Program-made: the position numbers and the translations under genes
Notes under the pieces: generated by a model
Databases searched by the model: none
The model's input: only the letters and a program-made list of their open reading frames with translations
What the model was told of the DNA's origin: nothing
From: Lama guanicoe
Taxonomy: Eukaryota
Length of the DNA: 64,000 nt
NCBI GenBank assembly: GCA_013239625.1
Contig: MU054391.1
Location: forward strand, 3,253,130-3,317,129
Direction of reading: 5' to 3'
Shown here: one piece after another, positions 11,611-26,129 of the stretch
How the letters are laid out: every line of letters begins with the position of its first letter
Numbering within the stretch: position 1 is the stretch's first letter

Positions 11611-14600
11611 TTTATGAGGTCATAACTTGTAATCCCCATTCTAAAGAATAAGGTAGATATTATTACTTTAATTTATAAGTGAATGAACTGAATTTCAAGG
11701 AAACCAATTAAATTTTTAAATATCTTAGGGATAAAGCTAAGATTTCAATGCAGAACCCTAAAACTCTTGATCCCATGTTAATTCCACTGTACCAGGGTGC
11801 CTTAAGACAGTCATACTGTTACCCGTATGCCAGTCCTACAGGAACTAACTTTTTAGGTATTGAAAACACCACACATCTTAATTCCACACACTTGAACCTA
11901 TGTTTATTTATGACAATATGGCAAATGTGTAAATATGGTACATGATTTCTATAATTTTATCAATTAATTATTAGTCTAAAATCATATGGTTAAAGATCTC
12001 TTTATAAATTAGGCAAATAATTTCTTGGAGCTAGAAGACATTAGAAATGAATGGCTAGATAAAATTTTAGTGTGGATTTGGACCAACTCCCCTTTTTAGG
12101 AGAAACAGAGATATATATACTAGCCTACTGATCTTTCTAAGCATAAAAATACCTTTCAATGGGCATGAACTTAAAAATGAAACCATTTTGTAAAATAATC
12201 TCATATAAAATCATATTATGGTTATTGGCTTTCAGGATTATCCAGATATCTTTCATGAAAACATGCATTATTAACCTGTCTGAATTTCAGTTTCCTCGTC
12301 TCACAGACTGCAGATAAAACCTCCTACTGTGGGGAGTTCTTCACTGTTGACCATAGACCCACGTGCTCCCCACACCCCTCCACTCCCAGAAGGCAGTTGG
12401 CTGTGGTCTAGATCTAGCCAGCGGGCTGTGATTGGAAGTAAAGTGTGATAGGAATTAATGATCATAATAACAACCACACAAACAATGGTATATACTCATT
12501 TCTAATTAGGTCATAACTTTCCTAGCATCTGATTGGTTTGGAGAGAATTTTGCAACTGAATTCTCTTTAGATTTCTCATCTTCAGTTTTTTCCATCCTTC
12601 CCTATGCTTCTAGGAATTAAAAAGAAAAAAAATTGCCTGAAAGCATCTTTGGTTTTGTATTTAAGGTAAATCACAACGTGACTTCGAGCTACCTCCCCAA
12701 ATTGATGGATTTCCTTCACTCTCAATCTCTTTAACTAACAGTCTCCACCTCCTTTTCCACCTATTTTTCAGCCAAAGTGGATTCGTCACCTTTTCTGAAT
12801 GGCAGTGCTTTTTTTTTTTCACAGTGTTGTACTTTTGCAAATTCTTTTCCCTTCACGGAATGTCCTTGAAGTGGTTTTTACAGTCACTGGATCTAAGTGC
12901 TGCTGACCCTGAAGGCTGCTTGGGGTTTGGGGCCTGCTCTGCTAGATGGTGGTAACCACTGAGCTCCGTCTGAGACAGTGGCCAGAAGTGCATCCTCCCA
13001 GAATAGCTGCACTAAGTTATGGTAAAGGTGAACGCTGTTAAAGCAGTTCAAGAGAGCATCTAATTGATGCAGGTGAGATAAAAGAATAAAGCAGGCATTG
13101 TTGTGAAAGGAGGAAAATAAGCTTACGCCCCAAACCCTGGGAGACACTGTTCAGGCAGAGATGCACAAACGCATGAAATGACCTCCCAGCAAGGCACAGG
13201 AGAGAAATGAAAGTCAAATGAGTTGGCGCTGGGCCAGGAGGGGAGAGAAGTGTGTCCGGGAGGGAGCCGCCCACGGCGCCTCCTTCCTCCCCAGCCTCCA
13301 CCTGACACGTAGGACTGGAGGACGGTGGCGTCTGCCAGCGTGTCGTCCAAGCTGCACATTTATCCTGAGCATAAAGAAGCGATAATTCTTCATCATTTCC
13401 TTGCCTTTCACATTGAACCCTTGCCCTCACGGCTCTTTGGGTCGATACAGTGGGCGGTGCAAACTTGCAGGCCCTTCTCGTGGACAAGCCTCATCCCTGA
13501 GCTCGTTCTGCGCTTTCTAGCTTGTGATCCTCAAAGAATGACTTTGTCTTTCAATTCTCTGCCGCTTGGGGATTGCAGACCTTATCCTGAAACGTTATCT
13601 GCTTATTTATTCAATCATTTATTCCTTCAAATACTTGAGTGCTGATTTTCTGATAAGCACTGGAGGAGTAGGGGGGACTGAGACAGTGGGCAAAATAGTG
13701 GAATTCCTTGTCAGATGGATCTTGTCCTCTAAGGGAACGTGACATAATGTCATGAACACGAAGTCCCACCTGGAATATAGTAAGTGCTCAGGAAATGACA
13801 CCTGGACTCCCATCCTCTTCCTGTCTAATCTCTCCTGCACACACCTTCGTGCCTCTGTCCTCCACGTGCCCCAGGGAATCTCACAACAAAGCTTTCTAAT
13901 TTCTTTCCCAGCTCGGAGCAGGGAGACAAGATGTGCATGAGCAGCCAAATGGAGAATTTCTCTGGGGAAACTTCAGTGACTCGATGCAGCTGCTGAGAAA
14001 AGACCTTTTTTTACAGGATCCTGTTGAAGTCAAATGCACCGCATCAGCCGTGACTCAGAGCCTGACTGCACATCATGACAGGACGAAGGAAAACAAGAAC
14101 CCTCAAAAAAAAAAAAAAGGAACAAAATCCCCCAAAACAAACAGAAATTGACTAAACCAAAGACCCTCTCTTCCACTGACAACTTAGCAACTCAGGGTTA
14201 CTGAGCCCCTTCCCTGTAATGACTTCTGACGCCTGCAACAGCGAGTTAGTAGCGTGGTCCCCACTGGATGAGACCCGACTCGGAGAGGATGAGGATTAGT
14301 CCAAGGATATCGCACAGGAGGATTTTTTTTCTCCCATCCATAGAAGTTGACTGTGGCTGATTTAAGCAGAAAATAAGTTTATTAAAAGGATATCAGTAGA
14401 TCACAGAGGGCCAGGTGGCCCGAGGCAGCAGTCCGAGGGCCGTGCAGTGAAGAATCAGACCCAACACCACCCCCTAGACCAGATGTGCAGACGGAGGGTT
14501 GCACGTGTGTCGGGACAGAGATCTTAACGCAGTCACCATCTGCACATCACTGCTGCGCGTCTGTGCTTGGAAGCTACCTGCAGCTACAGCTGAGGTGGAC

Positions 14601-15322
14601 ACGTGACCACTGGAACCCAGGGACACCTTGTGTCCAAGGCTCTGGGCGGGCCTGACAGGGCAGAATCTTGGAAATTGTTCTTTTCTAAGAAGAAGTGACT
14701 GTGACTCTTATTAAGACCCACATGGAAGGGGATCCCCCAAACATAAGGACGAGGGCCCAGCGCTGGATGTCAAAGCATGACAAATACCGATTAGATAAAT
14801 TCACACAGCCAGTGGGCCGAGCGTGGCCTGGACATGTAGTTCCAGGATCTAACTGGCCGCCCTTTTCCCTGGACCACACTGTACAACCAGCAACGGGTGC
14901 TGGACTGTGACCTGCTTTATTTATCACTGCTGTTGACATCATAAAACAAAAACCTAATACCCTTACTTCGTCTTCTATCATTTACAAAAATATCCCTTTC
15001 AACAAGGCTGTTAACAACCACCCTAGGAGTTAAGAGGGAAAGTAAAGGTATCTCTATTTTTTTCAGATAAGAAAAAAAAAATCTGACGAGGCACCTGGTA
15101 CTTACTGATATCAAAGCACTTGCCAGCCTAAATTTAAACTTCCTCAAGCATGTCCAATCGCTCTGTTCATTTTGTTCATTTTGGTAGAGCCAAGCCCTCA
15201 TAGAGCCAGGGATATTTGCTTTGTTTTGCTTTGCTTTTTGCTTACTGGTAAATCTCTAGTGCCAAGAAGTGTGCCTGACACAGAGTGGGCACCCAGAAAT
15301 ATTTTTAAAATAATAATATGGA

Positions 15323-15590
15323 TAAATAAGTTCATTTGTGTCATTTGTTTAGATTCCACAGATAAGTGATATCATATGGTGCTTTGCTTTCTCTCTCTGG
15401 CTTACTTCACTTAGGATGACAATCTCCATGTTGCTGTAAATGGCATTATTTTATTCTTTTTTATGGCTGAGTAGTATTCCATTGTATTATATCCACATCT
15501 TCTTTTATCCAGTCATCTGTTGATGGACATTTAGGTTACTTCCACATCTTGGCTATTGTAAATAGTGCTCTACAAACATTGGGGTGAAAA
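15323..15590 (-). mobile_element. Short L1 fragment
   Basis: aaataagttcatttgtgtc...gatatcatatgg...tttatggctgagtagtattccattg...ggctattgtaaatagtgct. Confidence 0.85.
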
Positions 15591-16625
15591 AAAATTTTTT
15601 AAATACAAATTATGTGACCTTGGGTGAGTCATTTAACTCCCTGTTTCTTCATCTATTAAATAAAGTTAGGAAATCATATTACAAGATAGTTGGATATATA
15701 TAATATATATAAAATGAGTTATAATCATTTGCATTTGGTTTTCTATACATGGGAATCATTATGTTACAATGAATATGGCATTTAGTCATTCAAGGAGAAA
15801 CATCTAATTTGGCCCCACTTTCTGAGCATTATCCATTTCCCTGGTTTGCCAGAGAATAGTCTGGGTTATAAAAATCTGAACTGAGGTTATATTTATCCTT
15901 GAAATTTATTAAAATACTTTGACTATTTCCCAGAAACACAAAGCAACATGCTCTCACCAGAAAATCTTGGTAACTCCTTGAAATTCAGCCCCAAATTTTC
16001 CAGGAAATAAAAGGTTTATATGAATAATTTGTTTTGATATATAGACTTGATCATATAATAGGGGAGACATGCCACAATGTCATGAATATTTTAGATAGGT
16101 TGTAACAAGGGAGGAAAATTTCAGAACGTCTGTGCTGGGAGTGAAAGGCCAATGAAAAGAAGGCTGCAGGTAAACTTCCAAAGATCACGCCTCATGGTCA
16201 CAAGTGGGTGGCTACCCACTCTTTGTCTGTAGCCTGATCAAAAATTGCAAAAAGAAGTATAGGGAATAAATCGCCATGCTGGTTGTCAGCCCCCACTAAG
16301 GGACTGCGAGTCCTCCGAGCACAGGGGCGACTCCACTCTTCTTTTTACCACTGCACAGTGCTTGGCCGGCCCACACGGATAGCTAATAAGTTTAAGCCAA
16401 ATAAAGCTTACTTTGAAAGATTCCTGTGTTTCTTATGGTTGAGCAAAAACCCAAATTATATGGTATTACTGCAAATCTCCCCTAAGTGTTCTGTTTTATT
16501 GTTGAGGTTTTGACATGTTTGAGGTTGCATAAATACTGAGCAGGTGTACTGGCCTTCTGAGTGGCAGTGCCCTATCCCCGACTTTCTCATTTATTCGATG
16601 ACTAAAGACACTGCAGTTCCCCACG

Positions 16626-17118
16626 TGTAGTAGCCAGGGTTATCCAGAGAAACAGGACCATCAGAATATAGACACAGATAAAGTAAGGTATTAATTCCTA
16701 CAATTATGGCAACTAGGAAGGCCCATGATCTGCCCTCTGCAAGCTGGAGACCCAGGGAAGGCTGCTCATGCAGTTCAGAGGCCTGAGAGCAGGGGGTCTG
16801 ATGGTGTAGATTTAAGCTCATGTCTGAAGGCCCAGCACCCGGGAGTATGAGTCAGGTGGACGTGGCTCTCAGCTGAGAAGTCAGGAAGAGAAAGAACTCA
16901 AACTTCCTTAGCCCTTTTTGGTCTATTCAGACCCTCAAGGGAATAGATGATGCCCACTCACATTGGGAGGGGGTACAATCCAGTCTATGCAGTTCTCCAA
17001 TTCAAATGCTCACCCCTTCTGGAAACATCCATACAGACACACCCAGAAATAATGCTTAATCAGATATCTGGGCCCCCCACGATCCAGTCACACTGACACA
17101 TAAAATTAGCTGTCGTAC
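16626..17118 (-). mobile_element. MLT2-type (ERVL) solo LTR
   Basis: gggttatccagagaaacaggacc, ctgcaagctggagacccaggg, ctggaaacatccatacagacacacccagaaataat, ccagtcacactgacacataaaattag. Confidence 0.85.
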
Positions 17119-17662
17119 CATGCACAGAAGAGATTTGGAATAAAAAGCTTTCATGCTCACTCACACTAAGATGTAAATGACTAATGTAAGATTTTAACCT
17201 GATATGAAGAGGAAATAAGAGAGAAATGAAAGGTACAGGGAAGCAAAAGCACCATGTGTAACATAAAGAAAAATGCTCACAAAGAAGAGCTGAAGGTACA
17301 GAGATGAACATAAATCACTTCATAATTTTCTTTGAGACGATCTTGGGCATGTTATATCAGGAAAGACAGAAATCCCAAAGGTAAAAAAGCAAGACGTGAC
17401 AGCTGACATAATTTTTCCTCCAATACACACTTAACAGGTATTTTTTTCCCTAACTGCTTGAAACATCCTCATCCTCAAAAAAATTTTTTTACTTAAATTT
17501 CTAGTCTTCAAACATAAAATTCACTCTGTAAAAATATAATATAATAATATAAAATATTATAAAATATAAAAAAATAATAAAAATATAATAATTGGCATGG
17601 AGCATAGACACAATAAAGTGAGAAAAATTAAATGTAAAATAGAAAAAGGTTTAGAGAAATGT

Positions 17663-17855
17663 CAGTACTATCCAATAGAACATTCTTTTTATGATGAAAC
17701 TGTCCTTAGCTACATTGTCCAATACAGCATCCCCTAGACACACACTGCTACTGATGACTTGAAAGTGAATAGATAGAAGAACTGAATTTTTAATGTTAGT
17801 TAATTTAAAATTAAGTTTAAATAGTCATACATGGTTACTTGCTACTGTATCCAGG
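17663..17855. mobile_element. MER3-like hAT-Charlie DNA transposon
   Basis: cagtactatccaatagaac...tgtccaatacagc...gaactgaatttttaat...aatagtcatacatggttacttgctactgtat. Confidence 0.75.
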
Positions 17856-19406
17856 TGTTATAGGATCTGAGAGAAAATAGAAGATTTAGAAGACAAGGTA
17901 TGCAAATGATATCCTCTGAAACAGGAAGGCATCGCTGAAACAGCTTAATGAAAATTTAAAAAAAAAAGACTCAAGACTCAATGCTCTTTATTAAGAAGAC
18001 ACATTGCATCTTCAAGAACATTGAAACAAACCAGCCTGAGCTGAGATGTAGACTAACAACTTTGCTAGAGACCAAAATTAAGGTTTCTTCAAAGATTCAG
18101 GAAAAACAACACATCACTTACAAAAGAAAACTAACATCAGGCTGTTTTCTCTGCTACAACTCTGAATACTAAAGACAGTGTAGAAATAAGAAAAAATATT
18201 TAAGAAAATAATATATGGTCCAAGGAATTCTCCTCACTTATATCCTCATTCAATTAAGAGGTGGCAAATTGCCTTAAACATAAGAATTCAGAAATACTGT
18301 TTCTGCCACTAAAGGAAAACCTTCAGCTAATAGTTAATTAGGAAAAAACTGGCTCTAAATATTAAATATGTAACTACAGTGAGAATAATAAAATAAATTG
18401 TAGAAATTATATAACAGAGAGAACATTTTAAATTCCTTGACGATGCTAAAGATGAGAAAAAAAATCACTGAATCTTTAAAGATAGTATAAAATAATATTA
18501 TGTCAGAATTAAAATCATTTGTAGCAGCTTTAGCAATAAGTTTATAGGTATCAACAAGCTAAGCTAACATTAAAAATAAACAAAAAGCAAGAAAAACAAA
18601 TTCAAATTGAATCACCAAGTTTGCTTAGTCTGTATTTTTTTAACACTACTAAAGAAATCAATTACGCATATTTGAAAACATAAAAAGTAGAGAAATTATA
18701 TAGGGAAAAATCCAAATAAAAAATAAATATTGTTATGTTAATATCAGATAGCTTTGAATATAAACCATAAGTCATGTAATATATAAATCATATGACGTTA
18801 GTAAATGTTTCCTTTATTAAGAGAAGGTTACAGTTCAAGATAAAGTTATAACACTATGGGTATATGTGCACCAACAAATTTAGTATTAATATGCATTTTG
18901 TAAAAATACAGGTGATTAAAAGGGAAGTAGAAGCACACAGAAAAAGGGGACTTTTATTCACATCTTTTTTTGTCAAATGAAAATGATAAAAAATATGGAA
19001 GATTTGAATAAAAGGTAAATTTAATGGATATATCCAAACCTATAGTATAAAAACCCAACAATGTGCTTAACTCTTGATGTGGGAAAATATTTCTACATCA
19101 GAAAGAAAATTCAACTGAATTTGTGAAATATCTAGACTATAGCAATACAAAACATCATGTATTTCAATATCTCTGGGCTACATATAAAGCAATGTCCAGT
19201 AGAAAATACACAGTCTTAAGGCAAGTATTCATAAAAAGTATAAGAAATATAAATTAATTGTATTTCCAATTCAAGAAGAAAGATAATCATGCTCTCCTCT
19301 CATGAAATAAGGAATGTAAGAGAAAGAGATTTAAAAAGACAAAAGTAATAATAAGTAAATAAAGAAAATCAGAAATATTTCTATTAAAATATATTGAAAC
19401 TAGTCC

Positions 19407-19807
19407 ACTATGGATGGAATGTACCTCCCCAAACTCATATGTTGAGGTCTTAACCCCCAAGGTGAAGCCCGTCACGAGGGCTACTCTCTCAAGGCCTCAT
19501 GTAAGTCTAGGCAACTGTCAAGGAGGTGGGAGATCTGGCAGGTACTTAGGTTCCTATGAGATCTTGAGGGTGTGGCCCTTGTGATGGGATTTCAGCCTTT
19601 ACAGGAAGAGAAAGAGACTAGTTCTCTCTCCATCTGTGAAGATACAATGAGAAGGCTGCTGTCTCCGAACAGGAAGATTCTTCATCAGAAATCGAATCTG
19701 TCAGCATCTCTATCTTGGACTTCCAGCCTCTGGAACTATGAGAAATATCTGTTGCTTACGTCACCAGTCCATGGCATTTTGTTACCGTAGCCAAGCAAAC
19801 TAAGACA
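19407..19807 (+). mobile_element. MaLR LTR (MLT1A/MST-like)
   Basis: cctccccaaactcatatgttgaggtcttaacccccaa...ttggacttccagcctctggaactatgagaaata...aaactaagaca. Confidence 0.85.
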
Positions 19808-22616
19808 TAGTCCTTTCAGATATCAAAACAGGTCATGAAATTATGATGAATAATGTATTGCGTTAGTGGCACTGGAGTTGGCAAAATTGATATAGAAGAG
19901 TGGAAATTTCAGAAATAGATCCAAACAACTAAAGGGGCTTGGTAAATGACAAACATGTCATATCAATTTATTGGGGGAAAATAAATAATTTTTCAATATT
20001 CTATTTTTAAATATATATTATTTAAGAAAGAATAAAACTGTTTTAAATCGGTGAGATAGTAATCTAGGAAAAATTAAATCAACTGCATTTCTACTCCACA
20101 ACTTGCAACAGAATAAACTCCAAATTGATCCAAAATTTAAACACAAAAATTCAAACTATAGATCTACTTAGAAGAAGCCATTGCAGAATTCCTTCATAAT
20201 ATTTATCACAATGAGCACTTCTGTAAGTGATACAAAAGCCAGAAATTATAAAAGACTGATAATTGTATGCAAATCAAACTTTCTAAATGGAAAAAATAAG
20301 CAAAGTTTAAAAAAATAGAAAAGTAATGTAAAGAACAGTACAATAAAAGGTTGATGTCCTTAATAAATGCAGAACTGCTACAAACTAATAAGAAAAATGT
20401 CAATAAAGCATAGAAATATAGCATATAAATCACTAGTCAGTTCAAAAGAAAGGAAAAACAAATGAATGATTTTAACGTATAAAGAGATGTTTCAATTCTC
20501 ATAATAAGAGAAATCCAATTAAAGCTACTTGAATGTCAGGTTTATCTTCCAGGTTGGTGAAGAACGTAAGTGTAAAGCAGGGCATTGCCTAGGCGTGGGG
20601 AAATGCTACAGTCTCACAGTTGCTTAGTGAGAAGGTAGCTGACATAATCTTTATAGAGAGTAATTTGAGGATTGCTACTAATATTAACATATATTTTACC
20701 CCATCAATTCTACTTTTGGAAATAAATTCATCTGCACATATATAAAATTATGTACGTGAGAGGTTGTTACATCATTTTTCTAATAGCAAAAGATTGTGAA
20801 CAGGTTAAATACCATTAACATGAACTTGTTAAACAGATTATGGTAAACCTACAAAATGGAAAAACTAAAGCCATTAAAAACAGACCAAGGAAACCATTTA
20901 TGTCCTTATTGGAATGAGCCCAAGATCTATTGCTAAGTGAAGTAAGCATAACCCCAAATAATGTATCTATTATGCTACTCTTTGTATAAAAGTGGGCAAA
21001 ATAGATATGTTTATTTGTCCATATATACATATCATAGCTCAGGGAACACACAAGACTTGGATAAAGTAGATGAGTTGCAGGAAAGGGTACTTGGTGACTT
21101 CAAAGGGATGGAGGGCAGGGAGGGAAAATCTCTATTACTCACAATTTTGTGTTTTTGGAATTTTAAACCATGTTAACTTGTAATTCACATTATAAATAAA
21201 TGAGTAAGTTAATTAACATTATAATTTTGAAAAGAATTCATTGGACAATTACACTTGTAAAAGTGACTAAGTTTTTCAACCCTTAAATAAGTGACTTCTC
21301 CCACCTGTATAGATGTCAATAATAACAAAGAAATAACAGCACGTGTAAATGTGAGTCCGTTGCAGAAAGCCAGCACAGCAGAGGGCATGTCCAGTTTTAA
21401 CTCAGAAAAACCTGGGTTTAGTTTCGAGCCCAGTACTAACTACTATTCAATCTTTCACAGATTATTTAGCCTTCCTTCAGTACAATCCGGTGGTGATATC
21501 CATGGGTTCTGAGTTCGGAACTCTGAGTTCAAATCCAAGTTCTGACACTCACCAGCTGTTAACCAAGAAACTTCCTCATCAGGCAGATTATCACAATACG
21601 AACAGTACCTGGCACCTGATGATGTGATGACAACAGGTGAGCTACTGCACGCCGCGTCCTCATCACAGGGGCGGGAACAGGTTTCCTCTTAATTTGCCAC
21701 TCTCTCCTCAGCATCACCTGATGAGCAGGGGAGCGTAGCGTCTCGCCTGTCCCATCTGCTGCCTCCATCTGATTCCTGTCCAGGCACCCAAAATAGTACC
21801 CTACCCTTCAGAGATAATCAAACAATTGTGGGCTTGAAATCAAGTTCAAGGAATATTACTGGATTCAAAAGCTGTTACAAAGTGGAATAAAACAAGGGCG
21901 GTCTCTGGAAAGCCACGTGCAAATTGTAAGGTTCTAGAGCTGCCAGGCAGGAGGCTCCGCGAGACAACTGCATCCCCACCTCCTTCTGGGGCGGCGCTGC
22001 GCGTGCTAAACAGTCCTGCCAAATGACAGAATCCACTCCTCTTGATTAAAATGACATTCTCTATTAGTGACTGCTAGGCACCCAGGTGGAGGGGCAGGCA
22101 GGCTTCTGAGTGGCCTAAATGCACACTACAAGGAAACTCAAATTGGAGCAATTTGCTGTAATTTAGAAAGAAGAATGAGTGAGTGAATGCATACCCTGTG
22201 GAAAATTATATATTTTATTTGAAGGTAAGATTGCACATCTCTAATCAAGGCTTAAAACCTGAATTAGGATAAATTGTGCCATAATTATTTTCTTAGAGCA
22301 GAAGAAAGACGTTTTTAAAGCACCTAATATTCCCCTTTGAAGCTTTCAAAATGAAGACACTCCTTTTGTGACAAATGCAGGGCTTTATCCGCCTCTGTCT
22401 CACAAAGACCCTACGTTCATTGAACCAGACTCCGGGACTTTGACATTAAAAGCACTGTCAAGCATTTAGTCTTCCTGGCACATGTGTGGCGTTTGTTTTT
22501 GGTCCTCCTGGCCCTCAAGCCTTTAATTAAGAAAAAAAATTAGCTTACTGGTGATAATGACTTGCTTGAGTCTAAGAGTCCTTCATCATTGTGTACTCTT
22601 GAGGCTCACAGGCACG

Positions 22617-22630
22617 TGTGTGTGCGTGTG

Positions 22631-22670
<40 letters not shown>
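22617..22670. repeat. (TG)n microsatellite
   Basis: Visible TG run. Confidence 0.95.
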
Positions 22671-22671
<1 letters not shown>

Positions 22672-23126
22672 CTGTGTTGAGGTGGGGAGACGAGGTGGAC
22701 ACAGAAAAACTAAACTGAGCCCAGGTTTCTTGTTCTCTGCTTTGATAGTCAAGATTTTCTGTTGGTCATTTTGATCTTTAGTCTCAGGAAAATAATGGAT
22801 TTTTACACCTGGGGAAAACCATTCAAAGTTTTTCCCTCCAAATCAATAGACAATATTATTCTTTCTTGGCCCTTTATTCAAAATCTTTCCAGAATTTTAT
22901 CTGGCGCTGACTTCAGCATATTGAGCCGATGTGCTAGAGAATTATAGTCCCCCCACCCCTCACCATAAAACACATCAAAGTCACACAGTCCTGTCCTACA
23001 GCCCCCCCCCCCCATCACGCCGACGGGTCCCACAGCCCCCCCCCCCCCAATGCAGGGGACCAGATTTTTCTGATTCTTTTGTCTTAAAAGTCATAGGCTG
23101 TCATTACACCTTTTTTGTTTCTTAAA

Positions 23127-23165
23127 ACCAACCAACCAACCAACCAACCAACAAACCAACCAACA
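23127..23165. repeat. (CAAC)n microsatellite
   Basis: accaaccaaccaaccaaccaaccaac. Confidence 0.9.
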
Positions 23166-23349
23166 AAAAAGCCAGAGGAAAACTGAATAACTTGGAGCAT
23201 TCCTATTACGGCAAATAGTTTTCTCTTCTAGTCAAAAGTTCATCCCCACACTTTGACTCTCCCTCATGGCACAATTTCCCTCTCTTCTCGCATCCAGTTG
23301 TAGGAAGCAGAACACCCGCTGGCATCCACGTCCTTCACATCCATCCCCG

Positions 23350-24500
23350 CATCTGGGCACTGAGTCATGGAGGAGCCTGGGCTCCGCGAGGTCGGGATTC
23401 AGATCCCGGCACCAGCACGGACCAGCTGAGGGGGGTCGGGGGACCCCGACTCGGCGACTGCGCGGCAGCAGGCGTCGGGCTGGTTGACGTGAGGCCGCGG
23501 TCAACGCAAGCGCGCCAGCCGCGCCCTAAGCCCCGGAGCCTCCGGCCTCCCGTGCGGCGGGCGCGATTCCGACCCTTGCGTCCGGGCCGGAGCCGGTGGC
23601 GGCCCTCGGCGCCTGTTCACAGCCCCACAGCCGCCCGGGGCTGGAGCCCAGGGGCTTGAATGGCACCCCGCCCCGAGACCATCGTTCGGAAAGGCCAGGC
23701 TACCGCGCCGCGGAATGACCAAGGCCGCGCCTACAGCGCCGAGAGCGCAGACGGCAGAGGCGCCGTTCAGCCGGCGAAGCCGCGGGCCCAGCCCGGCCTC
23801 ACACGCGCCGCCTCTGCTCGCAGAGCCTTCCCCGTTCGCAGGGCTCGGCAGGCACCCGGCACGGCGCCGGGGGCGCTGCCTCGCCCCCCATCCCACGCCA
23901 GGCAAGGTGGCGACCGCGTGTCTCCACGATGCGCCGTGAACTGGGAACCGAAAACAGGCAAAGCCGGTCAAAGTGGCGTCGACCCCAGGTAGCAGGATGC
24001 AGCATGACGGATCTTCCGAAAACACACAACTGTTCGTATTTCCCTTCTTAGCACGCTTCAGCAGCCACACCCCTTAAAAGAAAATGCCCAAGGCCGTCAG
24101 GACGGGTTTCCGGGTCCTGCAGGCGTTTGCTCTCTTCCGCCTCCCTGGAAGCCGCCCCCCTCGAGCCCCACCCGGGTGACGGCAGCGAGACTCTGGGCGG
24201 GGGGCCCAAGCATTTCCGATGTATTAGCCCAGCCAGCGCCTGCGACAAGCCTTTGAGGAGGGGATTATTCTCATAGCCACTGCTGCTACTGGACGGAACC
24301 TCTTCGACGGACCGTTAGGTAAACGCAGAGCTCAGGCGGAGGGACGCAGAGGGTGCCCGCCGCCCCGCGCCCCGGGCCCTCACTCAGCTCCGCGTCTGGC
24401 TGCGTGCGCTCCCCCGAGCAGACCCGGCTCTCAGGATCCCTTCCTTTGGCACAGCTGCCCCTCCTCCAGAAACGCCTTTCCACCTTGAAAACGCCTTTTC
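23350..24500. promoter_or_regulatory. CpG island, candidate promoter
   Basis: About 1.1 kb of dense CpG, AP-1 site tgagtca at 23361, CRE-like tgacgtga at 23485, GC boxes; lies just 5' of the exon series starting at 26878. Confidence 0.85.
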
Positions 24501-26129
24501 GGCTCAATATTTAGTTTTCTTCCATTGGGACGACATTTTTAACTAGTTGATCTAACGATGCTCTTTTTTCCCCCTATTCTTCACTTTATTTTATTGTTTA
24601 ATATCATTTTATTTGTGTGTGTGGCTCACTTGCACCGAACCCACAGGCCATGGGGCGTACCTCCATCTCCTACTAGACTCTTAGTTTCCCCAGTAGCCGG
24701 ACACTAGCCTTCACCCTTGTTTCTCTAGCTGCTAAAATGTGAACTACAAGAAGGTGCTCAGTGAGTATCTGTGGAATGAATGACTGGATGAGTAACACAA
24801 ACACACACATTCACAACAAGATGTATTTAGAGATTTACAGAGAATGCTTCATCAGAATGAGGCAACTGAAATTTCTGACTAGAAAAAGGCATGTTCCAAG
24901 CCTATCTTGGTTTCACTTTTTTCTCATGGATTCTCATTTCCATCCTTTTTTTTATTATATCTTTATTTTCTTACTGGTTATTGTTTTACTCATTCTAAGC
25001 CAAATTACTATCTTGGTGGAAATACATGCTTTATTGATATGACTGTTACAAAATAATAGGAAACTTCCTCAAAGGACTGTTTATTACACAAGTTTTAATA
25101 TAAACATAAAATAAAAACTATAAACTATCCCTAAATGGGAATATTTTGCTCTCTTTTTTTTTTCTATGGATCTAAAATGGTTAAGAAGTTCTGAGAACTT
25201 TCCCCCAGTTTCCCAGACAGTGGAGGATGCCTATCCTCCTGGATGTGTGAGGAATCGAACTTTATTTTGTCCACCAAGTTACGGATGCTGAGCTGACACT
25301 GGATGGGGCTGGCCAGAGGATGCTCGGGGAGCTGCAGGCAGGAAACATCTCTGGTCTCTTTCTTCGTTAGTGGCTCCATTTCCAGTGAACGATTTTCAGG
25401 AATAAATTGGGACCAAATCAGGTGGCTAGTCTCAGCCTTAGCACATATTCCAAAATTGACATTTCTTACAGGCCTTTAATAAGAGTCAGGGTTTAAGCCA
25501 TTATACTTGATTTCTGAGATAATCGAATTTTGATTGTCGAGAATTATATACATACATATATTATCCAAATATATACCCATAACACATACATGAACACATA
25601 GGTATGTGCATATCTCAGCTTCCCAACAGTTGCTCTTTCTTAAATAAAGCAAGTGCTTTAAAACAAACAATAAATTTGATTTCTCTTATGACATAAAATA
25701 ACATTTACTTATTTTCATCTCTTTGTCTGAGACCCTTACAGGGAGCTGATTCATTTATCTTCATGCTACCACTGGTAACAGAGAGCTTAAAAACAATGGT
25801 CCCCAAGTAAATGCTTGTTGAATTAAAATATTTTAATTTATTTTACTATATAATTACATTTACTTCTTTAAATTCTGGTGAACTGAAGTGCTAACTCCAA
25901 GATCCAGCTGTGAGCACCGCCCATGTCTTGCTACATTTCTATTCCATCATGTTCTCCTGCAAACTCATCACTCCTCATCAGCAAATGATTTTGATTTCTA
26001 ACTTCTTAAAATTTGACACTTCATGAATATTCACACCTCTGGATCAGTAAAATTTTAGTGTAATAGGTTGTAATGTTCCAAATGAAGAGATCACAATTTA
26101 CAGAACCATTTCAAATGTTTCACCCTGCT

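Larger units (their letters stand above)
17200..21200 (+). mobile_element. Old degenerate L1 (L1M/L1ME-like), interrupted by MER3 and MLT1
   Basis: A-rich + strand with remnants of the ORF1 end (aaactaacatcaggctgttttctctgctacaactctgaa), ORF2 (aaaatttaaacacaaaaattcaaactata) and 3'UTR; no ORF survives. Confidence 0.7.

Noticed and set aside
23501..24070. 189 aa ORF and overlapping ORFs in the CpG island
   Set aside because: GC-rich sequence lacks stops; low-complexity Ala/Arg/Gly/Pro, non-ATG start, no recognisable domain. The same applies to ORFs at 10.2-10.7 kb and 50.5-51.3 kb.
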